DNA of 64,000 bases, taken from assembly GCA_946965045.2 (NCBI GenBank), contig OX337230.1, positions 2,170,001-2,234,000 of the forward strand, read 5' to 3'. The notes beneath the pieces were generated by a model. It ran no database searches. It was given only the letters and a program-made list of their open reading frames with translations, and was not told the DNA's origin. Of this stretch, positions 1 to 11,790 are shown piece by piece. Position numbers and translations under genes: made by a program. Each line of letters starts with the position of its first letter. The stretch's first letter is position 1. The DNA comes from Epithemia pelagica. Its lineage: Eukaryota; Protista; Bacillariophyta.

Positions 1-948
1 CGGGCTTCCTGCAGGATGGTGTGTAGGCGTTCCTGCCTGTGTGGAGGCAATTCAATGGTACCGGCAATGGTGTCAATCGTCCATCCCAATACTTGCTTGC
101 GGGTTGCCCAACATGCATCTCCTTTGAGTAGTTTCTTGGTGGAGATGGGCTCCTTCCGACTGGCAGGGTCGGAAGGATCATTTGGCCGGAACACTGCATC
201 ATTTAGGTGGAGGACTTGTCGGCGGAAGCGGTTAATGCGTGCTGGAGTGCCTTGGGCAAGGAGCACCTCATCATCAACAAAGACATCAGCATAGGCAAGT
301 GGTGTCAATCGGTGCTGGACGCGACGTGGCTGTTGTGGTAGCCTTGTGGTAGTGGAGGTGTCCTGCCGTGCCACATGCTGCCTTGGTGCGGCGATGGTGA
401 TGCCCTGGGGGTTCGCGTCAGGAACATAAGTGGCGGCCATGGACTCCAACGGATGTGGTCGGGGATCCCAGTTGCTGCCAGCATACATGTTGGCAAGGTC
501 GGCAATAGTTTCTGTTGCACTGCAGAAATAAGGGGGACTCTCGGTCCAGCCCATTGGGAGTGTAATCGGAAATGCCACCAGTGGTTGCTCTCCCGGTTGA
601 GTGGGAAAGGCAACGCCCAGAGTGAGGACATCTTCGGGCTTCAGACGGATTCTCTAAAATCCATCTGAAAGATCAATCTTGAGCATGTACACCGGGCCAT
701 GTTTTGGGTTGGCCACAAGGATGCGGTAGAGCAGTCGGTGTAAGGCCTTGCCAAATTGCATGGCCTCAGCAGGTGCTGTTTTGTGCGTTTTGCTGTTTAG
801 TCCGGAGAAACTGTAATCCACTATGGTGCGGGGCCGCCGTTCCCTCTGTGGAACGACCCCCAATGGTGAGATGCGTAGCCTTTGGTAATGTCGGACAACT
901 TGGTAGGGCAGGACAATCCAAAATTTTTTGTTCACCATGTCCACCATT
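1..948 (-). pseudogene. Reverse transcriptase of the DIRS-like element, 3' part
   Basis: The frame of ORF 654..947 continues past a TAG at 654-656 (DGF*RI, where Tyr is expected) through LPMGWTESPPYFC...YADVFVDD...LGWTIDT to position 1. Confidence 0.8.
944..948. repeat. Left 5-bp target-site duplication (CCATT) of the Copia element
   Basis: CCATT immediately precedes the TGTTA LTR start at 949; an identical CCATT lies at 9333-9337. Confidence 0.93.
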
Positions 949-1731
949 TGTTACAATTCTTTCTGAATCGTAGGGACATTGATGCTCGGTAGAGCAGACA
1001 ATCAGGTAGGTCACCAACCGATACAAGCTTCTCAGGGTCAGAGAAGCAAGCAAGTCGAAGTCTATCAGAAGGATAGTCGGGACACAAAAGAAGATGTGAT
1101 AAATGGTGATATTGTTAGATTGTGTGTTGATTACTACGATAGGTCTACGTGAAATGTTCGGTCCTGCCAAGGGTCATGTGTCATAGGTTCTTGGCGGCAA
1201 CAGGTTTGGAATAGTTGGAGTTGATTCATATGATGTATATGACATGTATATGTGGGCGGATAACATATACAGGGTCAACAGCTCTTGCTTTGGGTTGGCA
1301 TAGTTGTTTTCATGGCGCGCAGCTTGTTGACAATTTGGAGATTGTGGGAATGGAAATATGGTCTCGCGTGATCGTGTGTCGTGCTTGGGATACTTAGACC
1401 GTTGGGTCGGATAGATGCCGATAGCGCTCGGATGTCGCTTGGGCGCGCTCGATGATTTCGGGCGCGTACGCTTAGGGCGTTAGTATAATGTCCGAGCAAC
1501 GGCCAAATTTACGTCCGTTGTAATACCGCACGACCCAGTTTAGTCTTGAGAGTGAGTTCGTCAATCTATTCTCACTTTTCATGATTTGCGAAGAAATATA
1601 GGTCGATATAGCGCGAAGCTAGGAAACATAGCTCGAAGCTAGAGGGCATGATGCGATAGCACGAGGCTATGTGACATGGGGAATCGATGAGATGTAGAAT
1701 CTAACCACCATAGACGGTGAGAATTCTAACA
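949..1731 (-). repeat. 3' LTR (783 bp)
   Basis: Matches 8550-9332; one mismatch seen by eye (T1002 vs C8603). Ends are TGTTA...TAACA. Confidence 0.96.
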
Positions 1732-4700
1732 CTCCCCACAACTCGTCGTTTCAGCCTTGTCATCATTGGATTTGTTGAGATCTTGAACTTCTCCTTTCCA
1801 AAACAACAATGGCTTGAGCATGGGCCAAATAGATACGAAATCCCAATGTTTGCTAAGGATATCGGCAGGGTTGGTCTTTCCATCTTTCCAGTAGAATGCA
1901 ACATACTTTGCTGCGATGGCTTCACGAACTCGGTGGTATGACAGAAGATGGTGTCTCTTGGATAGTATGGAATGAGGAACGGTTGCATTGAGCACAACGG
2001 ATCTGTTATCTCCGTACATGTAACTTTGCTCTCGGATAGGTACTCCAAGGTAGCGGAGAGAATGTCGTAATTCTGTAATCTGATCTATTGCTGTCCTTGC
2101 AGCCACAAACTCGGATCCATAGGTAGCAGTTTCCACCGTGCTCTGTCTCTTGCTGTACCAGTCAATAGGTGTTCCGTTCAACAAATGTAGAACAGCAGTG
2201 ACGGATTTACCAGTGACTATGTCATGCATGAGATTGGCATCAACATAATGAGTTGTGGTAACATAGCGGCCAAGAGGTGTTGGGCAGTCTTCAGGAATAC
2301 GTTCACTTGCATTCGAATAGACAGTGCGAGTCCAATCAAATTCTTGGGTAGGAAGACTTGAATAATCAGGCTCTCCAATCCTAAATCTGATTGCGCCTTC
2401 TGGGAGATGTGCAAGGTATCCATAGATACGCTTGGCTCTATCAAGATGTCCTTTCCTTGGAGCAGCGCGAAAACGTGATAGCGTCATTGTAGCGGTGAAG
2501 ACGTCGAAACGACCAATAGTGATCACCCATTGGAGTTGTCCAATCAGAGTTTGGAAATGGCTAGTACCTTCTTCATCAAGGAGCTCAGAATCATCCAATT
2601 CAGGATGGTCTCCACCAATAAGAGGTGTTTTGGCTTTCTTGGGTTTCTCCTTGAAGATTCGTTCGAAAGTGTCCATCATCTTACCAATGTAGCGTCTTGG
2701 ATCTGCTACTAATGTTCCATCAGAATCCTTGGTGTAACAACATCCCAAATGGAAATCAATAGGTCCATCTCCTCTGAGTTTGAAGTTGTATTTCTCCTTC
2801 AGGATCTTGCAGATATTCCCAGGATCAGTAGAAATAATGGCTAAGTCATCAACGTATACGGCAATGTATTCGTAACAGTCTTCTCCAGGTGCTTTCCTCA
2901 TCCAGATATCCGGATCTGCTTTGCTTGGTGAAAATCCCATGTCTGTCAAAACATCGAATAAGACATCATGCCAGCGTGCGCCTGATGACTTCAATCCATA
3001 AAGTGCCTTGTATATAATCAGGATGTGACCTTCTAATTCCTTGAATTCAGGTCCTGCGACAATGAAAATTTTCTCCCCTGTCAAGGCTTCCAGATATGCA
3101 TTTCCAATATCTGCTCCCCATATTTCCAAGTCATTCAAAGTACCCAGGAATAAGGCAATGCGGAGGTTGCGAATGGAAACAACACCTGAATAGATTGTCT
3201 CAACAGGTTCTTTCGTGAGATGTCCATCTGCGACAAGTCTTGCTTTATGTCGTCCATCATGTTTTACGTCAAAGACAAGATGTACACGTATCTTATGATA
3301 TCCTTCAGGTGCATTGGATACTTTCCCTTTAATGAAGATGGCTTTCCCAAAATCCTTGAATGTCTTGTAGGACTGGATCTGTGACAATTCTAATTCTGTT
3401 GCATCTTGCCACTTTGTGTTGCCATGTTGTTTATCAAGAGCGACAGCTTCTTCATAATTGCGTGGTACTTGGAATCCAAACTTATACTTGACGGAATGGT
3501 GAACTTGTTTAATCCTTGACTGTTTGGCTGCTCGAATGAGGCGTTTGCTTGTTTTGACATAACGTTTCAAATGCTTCCATCCAGGTTCGTTGAGTAAATC
3601 ATGTTTCTTTCCATAAATTGCTACAGTGATCGGATCATCATTGGCGATGAGTGATAAAGGTTCATAGGTAGTCTCCCCAGTTTCCCAATCAACAAGCAAA
3701 TTATATTTGCTCCCCTTGTAATCTGGATCAGTTGTGTTCAGTGGGCCTTGATGGGCAATGACGTCCCTGAACCTGAAAAGATTATCTCCAGAGGTTTGGG
3801 CTTGGTTATCTCGTTCGATATACTCCATGAGTTGATTATAGGATATCATCTCATCAACATCAGAATTTGTCTTTCGGTAGATATACTTGACACGTTCTTC
3901 CTGTTTCGTTGCTTCTTCATTAAGATCAATGACTCGTTTGATGACACGTGCACGGTGTCGCTCCCCATTTTCTTCTGTGTCGCATAGGAATGTGCGTCCT
4001 ATCATGTCGTCAAAATCGATCGTGGGCATTGGTTTGGATGGATCTTCACTATCACTGCGAATGAAGACAGTGTCAGCTTGCTTATCATTGTCATCCTTCT
4101 CAGACGAATCCTCCCCTGAAGGTCGATCCACACGTAGGTTAGGTGTAGTGGATGCAACACGGCGAACGGCAGAACGGTAGATTATCTGGTTATCCTGGGT
4201 GAGAATCTTCCAAGTAAAAGAATCACCAACGTTGTGAGCAAAACCAACCCAGTGGCCAAGTTTCTCATCAGAAGAAGATGGATATGAACCGGAATTGGGT
4301 TCAGCGGGGTCGACACGGTAGTAAACCTCATCCCAGAAAGGAAAGAACAAGAGATGAGTAATGTCGGGTGGGCGTCCGGAGAGAGCCTCAAGAGGAGTGC
4401 GACCGGAATGGGTGGGTGATGACGTATGGTTCAATAAGTCACAGACATACTCAAGGCAAAGAAGCCAGGTGTTGGCAGGGCAACCAGTGGCATTCATGAG
4501 AGCGTTGGTCATACGTTTAACGGTCTGGTAACGGTTTTCAGCCTTATTCTGGTGTTGATGATAAGGTTCAGATCGATACTCCCCAATAAGCAAAGTGCGA
4601 AGAATGTCTTTGACCTTTTGAGAGATGAGAGATGAACCACCATCACTGATAAGAGTCTCCATGGCACCACGAAACCGGATGTTATCCTGAAGAGTATTGA

Positions 4701-7413
4701 CAAACTGTTTGGTTGACTTGATCCCATAGATATCAGTAACCAGAGTATCTCGACCAACAAAGATTTGTGCGACTTTACCGCCATGGTCAACAGCAGGGGT
4801 GTCAGAGAAAACCGAGTCAGTAGCAACGGGTTCATGACGTCGAGGTATATTAAGGACCGGATTGCGAGCCTTGAAATGTTTCTTGAGGTTGTCGTGGTCA
4901 AAAGTAATGCTACCATTACGTGTAGTGTGCTTGAACGTATCGGCAATAACAGCTTCAGATTGCCAACCAAAGAATGGACGGAACTTCTTCCAGTCATACG
5001 CTTCCTGGTAACGACGGTGGACAGAGGCATGAAGTGTAGGATCATTACCTTCTGCGTCAGCATAGATAGAAAAGAAGGGTGCGTCGTCGGGTCCATGATC
5101 GTATGGGAGATCCAAAAGGAGATTGAGGTTACAAACAACACGATCAGTGTACTCCCCATAGTTGTCATATGGATGGTTCGACATACTACCATCAGTCTTG
5201 ACGTGTTTCCAATCAGGATCATTGTCAGAGGGTGTGGGAGAATACGAATGGTCCAGAACACCAGGATCCCATGTGTCGGGTGACGTGAAGATGATCTGAG
5301 GTAAGGTATCCATGTCATCGTCGCTGGGGATACCCAAGGAGTGGATATAGGCTAACCCATCCTTGATGTGAAGGGGTATGGCACGACCATCAAGTGTAGT
5401 GATGCGTTGTTTACCATCAACTTTAACAGATCGTTCATCAACAGCAAGTCCGAAATGCTCGAATTGACCAGGAGCATGGATAGATAAGCCCTTTCCATAA
5501 TAAGCATATTCATTGAAGATGCCGACAATAGGTCCATCATTGGTCTCAAACTTTGCGGCACATGTGACGACAGGAAGTCCAGTAAGTTCATGGTTATCAA
5601 TACCCACAATAGTGATATGGCGGCCAGTCTTAGAAAGGATGCGCATGTCAGAACCAGCAAGTCCTCCATTAGCACCACGATCAATCAATTGATTCCCTGG
5701 TAAAGTAGATTTCCTGGAAAACAGATAGCGTGGAACATGTCCTGCTTGTTTATGCATGTTGGCTTTGAAAGTAACCTTCTTGCTTGTCTTGGACTTGGCG
5801 TTAGAAAGAACACTAGTCAGGTCAGTTGCCGGGTGATTGATATCAGTCGTCATGGCTTGGTTGATAAATTGTGTAACCGGATCTGAATCATCTGAATGCT
5901 CAGGGACTACGCCAGGTGAGTCGTCATCAGATGCAACTTGGTTGGGGTCAGGATCAGGTTCCGGATCAATGTCGAGGGCATGTGTTTGCACTGTCCTCGG
6001 TGTTGTTGATGAAGGTGCTTGAATCATCTTGTTATACTCAATGATCAACTTGCGATCTTCTTCAGAAAGTTTGAACCATAGGTCACGCGGTAGACTAACC
6101 TTGGACGAAGAGGATGGAGATTCAGATGTCGCTTTGGTGTTGTGGACATGATACTCCATATCATCTTGTGAGGTTATGTCAGCATCTGTATCTTGGCCAT
6201 ATAGTGATTCATGTTGTTTGACATGTCGACGGCGACTATGAACAGATGACTGGGTTGCTTGATCATGGTCATAAGCTGCGTCTAGAAGGAGACGAAAGTA
6301 TGATTGATAGCAAAGGGATTTTGCACCGGATTTGGTGTTCACCACATTATCCAAGATCTTGACTCGGCGGAGATCAGGTACCTTTTCTACAGCTTACATG
6401 AGGAAGGTCATCCTGGTATGATCAGGGATGCGATCAGACAATGTCACTAAATTGTCTAGCAAACGTAGCTGCTCTTGAAAGTGTAGAAGAAATTGACGTG
6501 TTGTTCCGCGCCATGTGTCGTCAAGACGTAGATTGGAAATGTAGTTGGTTAAGCGGAGGACTTCTCGCTTTGCTAGGTCGGATTCGGTATGCAAAGAGTG
6601 TAACTTCTGCAATACGGCACGCGCATCTTCATCATGTTCATGTTCACGTACATAGGCTCGACCTTGGTCAGTCTGAATGATACGGACAAGAACGGAGTAA
6701 AGAAATACTTGTTGCTCTTGAAAAAGTTCTTCGGCATACTCATCATCATGGGGTGGTGTGTATTTGAAATTCAGAACGTTGGATAGGCCTTGAGCCTTAG
6801 CTGTAGTCTTGAATACACGCCAGAATGAATCGTAGTATCGTTCATCCTTGAATACCTCATATGCAGTTGCGTCGCGCTTAGTTCCCTTTCTGAATGCTGT
6901 AAGGTCTTGTTGAGATTGGGATGCGGCAGTAACTGTGCTGACAGATTTCACAGATGACGGTGACTTCATTGGCGAGACTGGGACTTGGCTAGGTGGTCCC
7001 TTAGAGAAATCTGTGTTGATCCTCCAAGTGTTGAACTCTTTCCTCGTTAGGTTCATCCAGTCGCTATTGGATAGCTCGTCTTGAATTTCATTGGTCTTGT
7101 ATGTGGCCCAATAAGCCAAGAGCTTGATCTGCTGTCTTGTGGGGCCTTGTAGATCATGTGTCTGTTTGTTGACCTTGTATTGTGTCAGTTCCTTCATGGA
7201 TTCCTCGGTATTAGTTTGCATATACGAGATAACATGGGTAATGTTCTCAAAACCATGGTATTTCATCCACTTCATTAAGTAGTCGGCCCTTTCTTTGGTG
7301 AAGAATTGGCAGACAGTAAATATGATGTGGTCGAATAGGTCTGTGTCCGAGACATTGTCTTGGTTATCTTCTCCCTTAGGAGTCGTAGGTGTCTTGGGTG
7401 ATTGAGGATCCAT
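1726..7413 (-). CDS. Copia Gag-Pol polyprotein, one reading frame with a single in-frame TAA at 6394-6396
   Basis: ORFs 6394..7413 and 1726..6354 share a frame. Motifs: protease LIDRGANGG; integrase ATDSVFSD/ISDGG/QNKAENR; RT YIAVYVDDL; RNase H VDANL/YGSEF/GDN/ADILSK. Confidence 0.92.
1732..1740 (-). other. Polypurine tract (TGTGGGGAG on the element strand)
   Basis: Purine-rich tract directly abutting the 3' LTR. Confidence 0.75.
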
Positions 7414-7733
7414 GGTGTTATTTGGTTGGTTCGATGTTTATTTAATGTGCGGTGTGATGTGGTTTATTTAATGTGTGATGTGATGTGAACCCGGATGTAC
7501 CACGTGTGCCACGTATGTACCACGTATGTGATACCCGGATGTGTGTTGTGACGTGCGACTCCTGGAAATTTCCGTTGATTTCGACAAATTTTCGCCGAGT
7601 TTAAACAAATTTTCGCCGAATTTTCGCGATTTGACGGGAATGTGTGGCGTGTTGTGCGACCAAGGGTACCCGGATGTGCGTTGAGTTTAAGTCTTGGAAA
7701 GGTTTTGAGAGGACGGGAGTTAACTATGAGTAA

Positions 7734-8513
7734 TTAAGCTTCGGTCTCCGAATCCCCACTCTCTTCCGAATAATCAGAGTCGTTTCCAGGCTCAGATGGG
7801 GCAGCACAAGCAACAGAAGAAGGGGTATCACCTTCAGCCAGGTGGTTCTCGACCTCGGTACGCAAAGGGTAGATAGTTGCACGATGGTCCTCGATGGTAT
7901 GGACCTCGTGGATGTAGGCAACGTAGTTATCTAGGCGTACAACGTTAGGAGGCAGAGGGCAAGTCGTCGCGTTCACGACGTGGATGGTATTGTAGTATCC
8001 AGTTGGGCGCTCGAAGGTTAGGAAGCGGAGGTGGACAGTACGGATGGGGTTGCCCGAGAGGGCGGCAAAGATGAGGCGACGCCTCGGAGAACGATGAAGT
8101 TGGTCGTTCAGACGGTCAATGTCTTCTTGGTCGACGATGTGGGTCACCGATTGGAACTGGCGTTCGATCTGGGTCTCCCCACGGATGATCTCGGGATCGA
8201 AGGTCGAACAAGTTGGTTGGCGGAAGTACTTGATATGATCAGCAATCAACCGGGTGGTACGACGGGATCGAGAAGGGACGAGCCGACGAGGCGGACTCGG
8301 GGGCCGAAGCAACGGCGCAGGGATCGGAGCGTGAGGCTGGGTTGGAGTCTCGAATGGGTTGCTGTTGGAACTGTCGACGGAGATGTTGACCGATGTGTTG
8401 GCTGCCTTCGGCGTCGGCACCAGTTCCTGCTGCACCAGGGTATCGGGCTGCCCGGGATGCAGTTTGGCTCGATAGATCTGTCGTACAGGAGTGATAAGCT
8501 CGTTAGTATCCAT
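7734..8513 (-). CDS. Extra sense ORF (259 aa) between the PBS and gag, function unknown
   Basis: ATG 37 bp downstream of the 5' LTR, uninterrupted 259-codon frame, Pro/Arg-rich middle and acidic tail; no family recognised. Confidence 0.6.
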   Translation of the reverse strand: MDTNELITPVRQIYRAKLHPGQPDTLVQQELVPTPKAANTSVNISVDSSNSNPFETPTQPHAPIPAPLLRPPSPPRRLVPSRSRRTTRLIADHIKYFRQPTCSTFDPEIIRGETQIERQFQSVTHIVDQEDIDRLNDQLHRSPRRRLIFAALSGNPIRTVHLRFLTFERPTGYYNTIHVVNATTCPLPPNVVRLDNYVAYIHEVHTIEDHRATIYPLRTEVENHLAEGDTPSSVACAAPSEPGNDSDYSEESGDSETEA

Positions 8514-8538
8514 GAAACCACAAGGAAATAAGCTTTGA

Positions 8539-8549
8539 GACTGTTAATC
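8539..8549 (-). other. Candidate primer-binding site GATTAACAGTC, complementary to a tRNA-Asn(GUU) anticodon arm
   Basis: Directly abuts the 5' LTR. No TGG (CCA-complementary) start. The + strand reads GACTGTTAATC. Confidence 0.6.
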
Positions 8550-9332
8550 TGTTACAATTCTTTCTGAATCGTAGGGACATTGATGCTCGGTAGAGCAGAC
8601 AACCAGGTAGGTCACCAACCGATACAAGCTTCTCAGGGTCAGAGAAGCAAGCAAGTCGAAGTCTATCAGAAGGATAGTCGGGACACAAAAGAAGATGTGA
8701 TAAATGGTGATATTGTTAGATTGTGTGTTGATTACTACGATAGGTCTACGTGAAATGTTCGGTCCTGCCAAGGGTCATGTGTCATAGGTTCTTGGCGGCA
8801 ACAGGTTTGGAATAGTTGGAGTTGATTCATATGATGTATATGACATGTATATGTGGGCGGATAACATATACAGGGTCAACAGCTCTTGCTTTGGGTTGGC
8901 ATAGTTGTTTTCATGGCGCGCAGCTTGTTGACAATTTGGAGATTGTGGGAATGGAAATATGGTCTCGCGTGATCGTGTGTCGTGCTTGGGATACTTAGAC
9001 CGTTGGGTCGGATAGATGCCGATAGCGCTCGGATGTCGCTTGGGCGCGCTCGATGATTTCGGGCGCGTACGCTTAGGGCGTTAGTATAATGTCCGAGCAA
9101 CGGCCAAATTTACGTCCGTTGTAATACCGCACGACCCAGTTTAGTCTTGAGAGTGAGTTCGTCAATCTATTCTCACTTTTCATGATTTGCGAAGAAATAT
9201 AGGTCGATATAGCGCGAAGCTAGGAAACATAGCTCGAAGCTAGAGGGCATGATGCGATAGCACGAGGCTATGTGACATGGGGAATCGATGAGATGTAGAA
9301 TCTAACCACCATAGACGGTGAGAATTCTAACA
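8550..9332 (-). repeat. 5' LTR (783 bp)
   Basis: Near-identical to 949-1731; followed by the CCATT TSD at 9333-9337. Confidence 0.96.
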
Positions 9333-9711
9333 CCATTTCACTTTCGAGGAAACCCAGATACGACCTTGAGGATTGATGGGAGCCACGCTCCATTGCTTGG
9401 TCCTTCTGTTTCAAGGTCCAGGGTGGTGTGTTTACGGTGACTGTGGCCCCTACTGACCGGAGCGTCGCTAGGTAAGGTGCGGCAGGATGCGGCAGCTCAC
9501 CCACCTTAGGATGAAGGCACGATTTGCCTCGGATCCTTTGGAGAAATGACAGCCAGGAGGAAGAGCCAGTCAGGGTGCAAGTCAAGCGCTCTACTAACTT
9601 ACCTAGCTCTACACTCCGCGGCAACTCTTGGTAGGGGTCCACTGTTGACTGGGGTGTAGGTGGTAGGTTGGTAGAGGGTGGCCTGCAGGGCATGTGGCCC
9701 CGGCCAGCCAA
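9333..9711 (-). pseudogene. RT ORF of the DIRS-like element, 5' part (cut by the Copia insertion)
   Basis: ...SYLGFLESEMV joins DMVNKKFWIVLP at 943 once the Copia and one TSD copy are removed. Confidence 0.8.
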
Positions 9712-9717
9712 TCACTG

Positions 9718-11790
9718 TTAAGATCCACCATTTGCTGCTGCGGCTGGTGGGTTGTCGGTAGTCCTTTGCTGTGCTGGCATATACTGGCTGGCAAAGGTCA
9801 TCATCCGTCGCCGCTCCCCTGCAGTGAGCGCACGATGGGTGCTGGCCCGTTGGCAGTTGGCATAGCATGTCCCACGCAAGTGATAACTCAAGCAGATGGG
9901 AACTGTTGTGTTGGTAGCTTGATCCGTCGTGGTAGGTGCATGCTCACGCAGCTGCGCAATCCTGGTCCCAGAGTTTGTAAATGCCTCTTGTAGGGCCGCA
10001 ACATGGTTGTCATTTTCCACCTGTTGTCCTGGATCCCGATGGTTGTTGTCAACCCGTGGGTTGTTCCCTCCACCACCACTAGGTGGAGCTCCTCTTGAGG
10101 GAGGTGCCGGTGTTTCTGGCACCACTCTATATTTGGATGGCATGGGGGCAAACTGGTGAAAGGCTTGGGCGGTTACAATCCACTCAAGTTCTTGGAAGCT
10201 GGGGACTACCACCGGTCTCCCTTGGTTGATGGCTTGTAGGTAGGCCGACATCTCCAGTTGGATCTTGCGTAGGATGAGAGGCAAGATAGGAGTGTGGTCT
10301 TCTGAGGACAGGTTGAGGTGTGCTTCCAGTGTTGGCCATGTCTCCCAACAGAAGCGTCGTAGACTTTGGGAGAGTGGTGCATGGACACCCAGGACAACGT
10401 CTAAGGTGACACTAGTGGCTTTTATCTGAAGTCCAGCTTCATAGATTGTGGTGGGCACTGGCACCTCCTTGGTCTTGAAGGTCTCTTGTTCGGCCAATGT
10501 GGGTTGCGTGTGGCCTTGTAGCATGAGGTCCATGTTCTGTGCCCTGATGACAACTTCCCGATCCTTCTCACTGTTCTGAAATCCACATGAAAATGGGTTC
10601 AGGCCAACTCCAAGGTCTTCCATTTCGTGGGTCTTCGGAGCAATGCGACCCATGAGTACTGTCTCATGGAGTTCCTTGGTGACAAATGGTGCAATGGCTG
10701 TAGCGGCATCTTGTTGACGTGCACGTTCATCTAGTAGGGCTTGAAAGGCTATTCGGCGCTCGGCCTTGACTGCTCTGGCCCATCTGTGATAGAGTGCCGG
10801 CAAATCTACTTCATCCACCACAATGCAGTACCGCATCCAGACTGGGGTTGTTTCGGGGAATTTTTCACTTGGTACTGCTGGGGCTGCTGCTGCGGCTCGG
10901 GTAGCTGCATCTGCGGCTCGCTCTTGGGCCCGGTCTGCCCGTAGAATATGAACCAGCTCTGTGGCCTGGTTTTGTTGTGAGGCCAGGCGTTCCTGGTCCT
11001 ACTGAGGGAAGTCCTGGATTAGTGTTGCCCAGCGATGGCGCTGCAAGGCACGGTCTACACGTAGAGCTGGGAATGCACCATGGAATGACCCAAGGTAGGT
11101 TGCTGGTTCACCTTGTGCTGTGCTCGTGAGTGTGACACGTAGCCATTGCAGTAGATAGTCACAGTCTAAGATGGCATTGTCATTTCTAATGGCACCTCCT
11201 ATCTGTTCCCATGCTTCTCGGGGACTGAGCATCTGGTTGAGTATGAGATGGATATAGCGATGAGGTATTGGGACCATGTTGCGCACAGTGATGTCTTCTG
11301 TGTCAGGGGAATTCTCTGGCTGTACCGGAATTAGCTCTAGGCTTGCGTCAGCTGCCAATAGCAGGTCTGTTTGGCCCAAGGTGGGGATCTGGTGTGGTTC
11401 TGTTTCATCAAAGGCTTCGGCAGGGAATTCTACCATGTCCACATAGTGTCCGGCTTCTCCATCCACGTCTTGATAGAAGGCAAAAACACGGTCATCCCAT
11501 TGTGTAGGGCTACCGGGGATACTGGCAAACATGGTTGGCCTGTGGATAGCCATTACCTTGTATCTGTTGTTGAATTTTACTAGTCCAGCAAAGACCTTGG
11601 GCAAGCTGTTGGATGAAGTGTGTATCTTCTGCATGAGGTACTCCGTGGACTGTCCATTGCCAGCAGCATATTGCTCTAGATATCCAATGTATGACCTTTG
11701 CAGGAGGTCCTCCATCCTCTCATACCTCTGTAGGTATGTGTCAGGTGTTTTAGCTATGGCTGGTGGAGCCAGTGGCGGAGGTTGTGCCAT
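9718..11790 (-). pseudogene. ORF1 (gag-like) of the DIRS-like element, with a premature TAG (10999-11001) and a frameshift near 10880
   Basis: The frame continues past the TAG (DQERLASQQ...AAAAA). A one-base shift then gives PAVPSEKFPETTPVWMRYC, entering ORF 9718..10836 with its terminal Cys/His knuckle. Confidence 0.72.

Larger units (their letters stand above)
949..9332 (-). mobile_element. Full-length Ty1/copia LTR retrotransposon (diatom CoDi-like), 8384 bp
   Basis: Two 783-bp LTRs with TG...CA ends, a 5-bp TSD, a PPT, and gag followed by protease-integrase-RT-RNase H (copia order). Confidence 0.96.
1..11790 (-). mobile_element. Decayed DIRS/Ngaro-like (tyrosine-recombinase class) retrotransposon, split by the Copia insertion; its 3' part runs off the window start
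   Basis: ORF1 (11790-9718) ends in a CLSYHLRGTCYANCQRASTH Cys/His knuckle. It is followed by an RT ORF with SPLGVVPQ, RTIVDYS, KIDLSDGF, LPMGWTESP, FVDD and LGWTIDT motifs that rejoins in frame across the Copia TSD. No recombinase gene lies inside the window, so the class is inferred from RT and ORF1 style. The 5' boundary is not defined. Confidence 0.7.

Noticed and set aside
766-1499. Small ORFs in the LTRs, duplicated at 8544-9100
   Set aside because: Short, no domains, and duplicated only because the LTRs are; one runs across the LTR boundary.
8031-8531. 166-aa antisense ORF over the Copia extra ORF
   Set aside because: Probably a shadow frame of a GC-rich coding region; no independent support.
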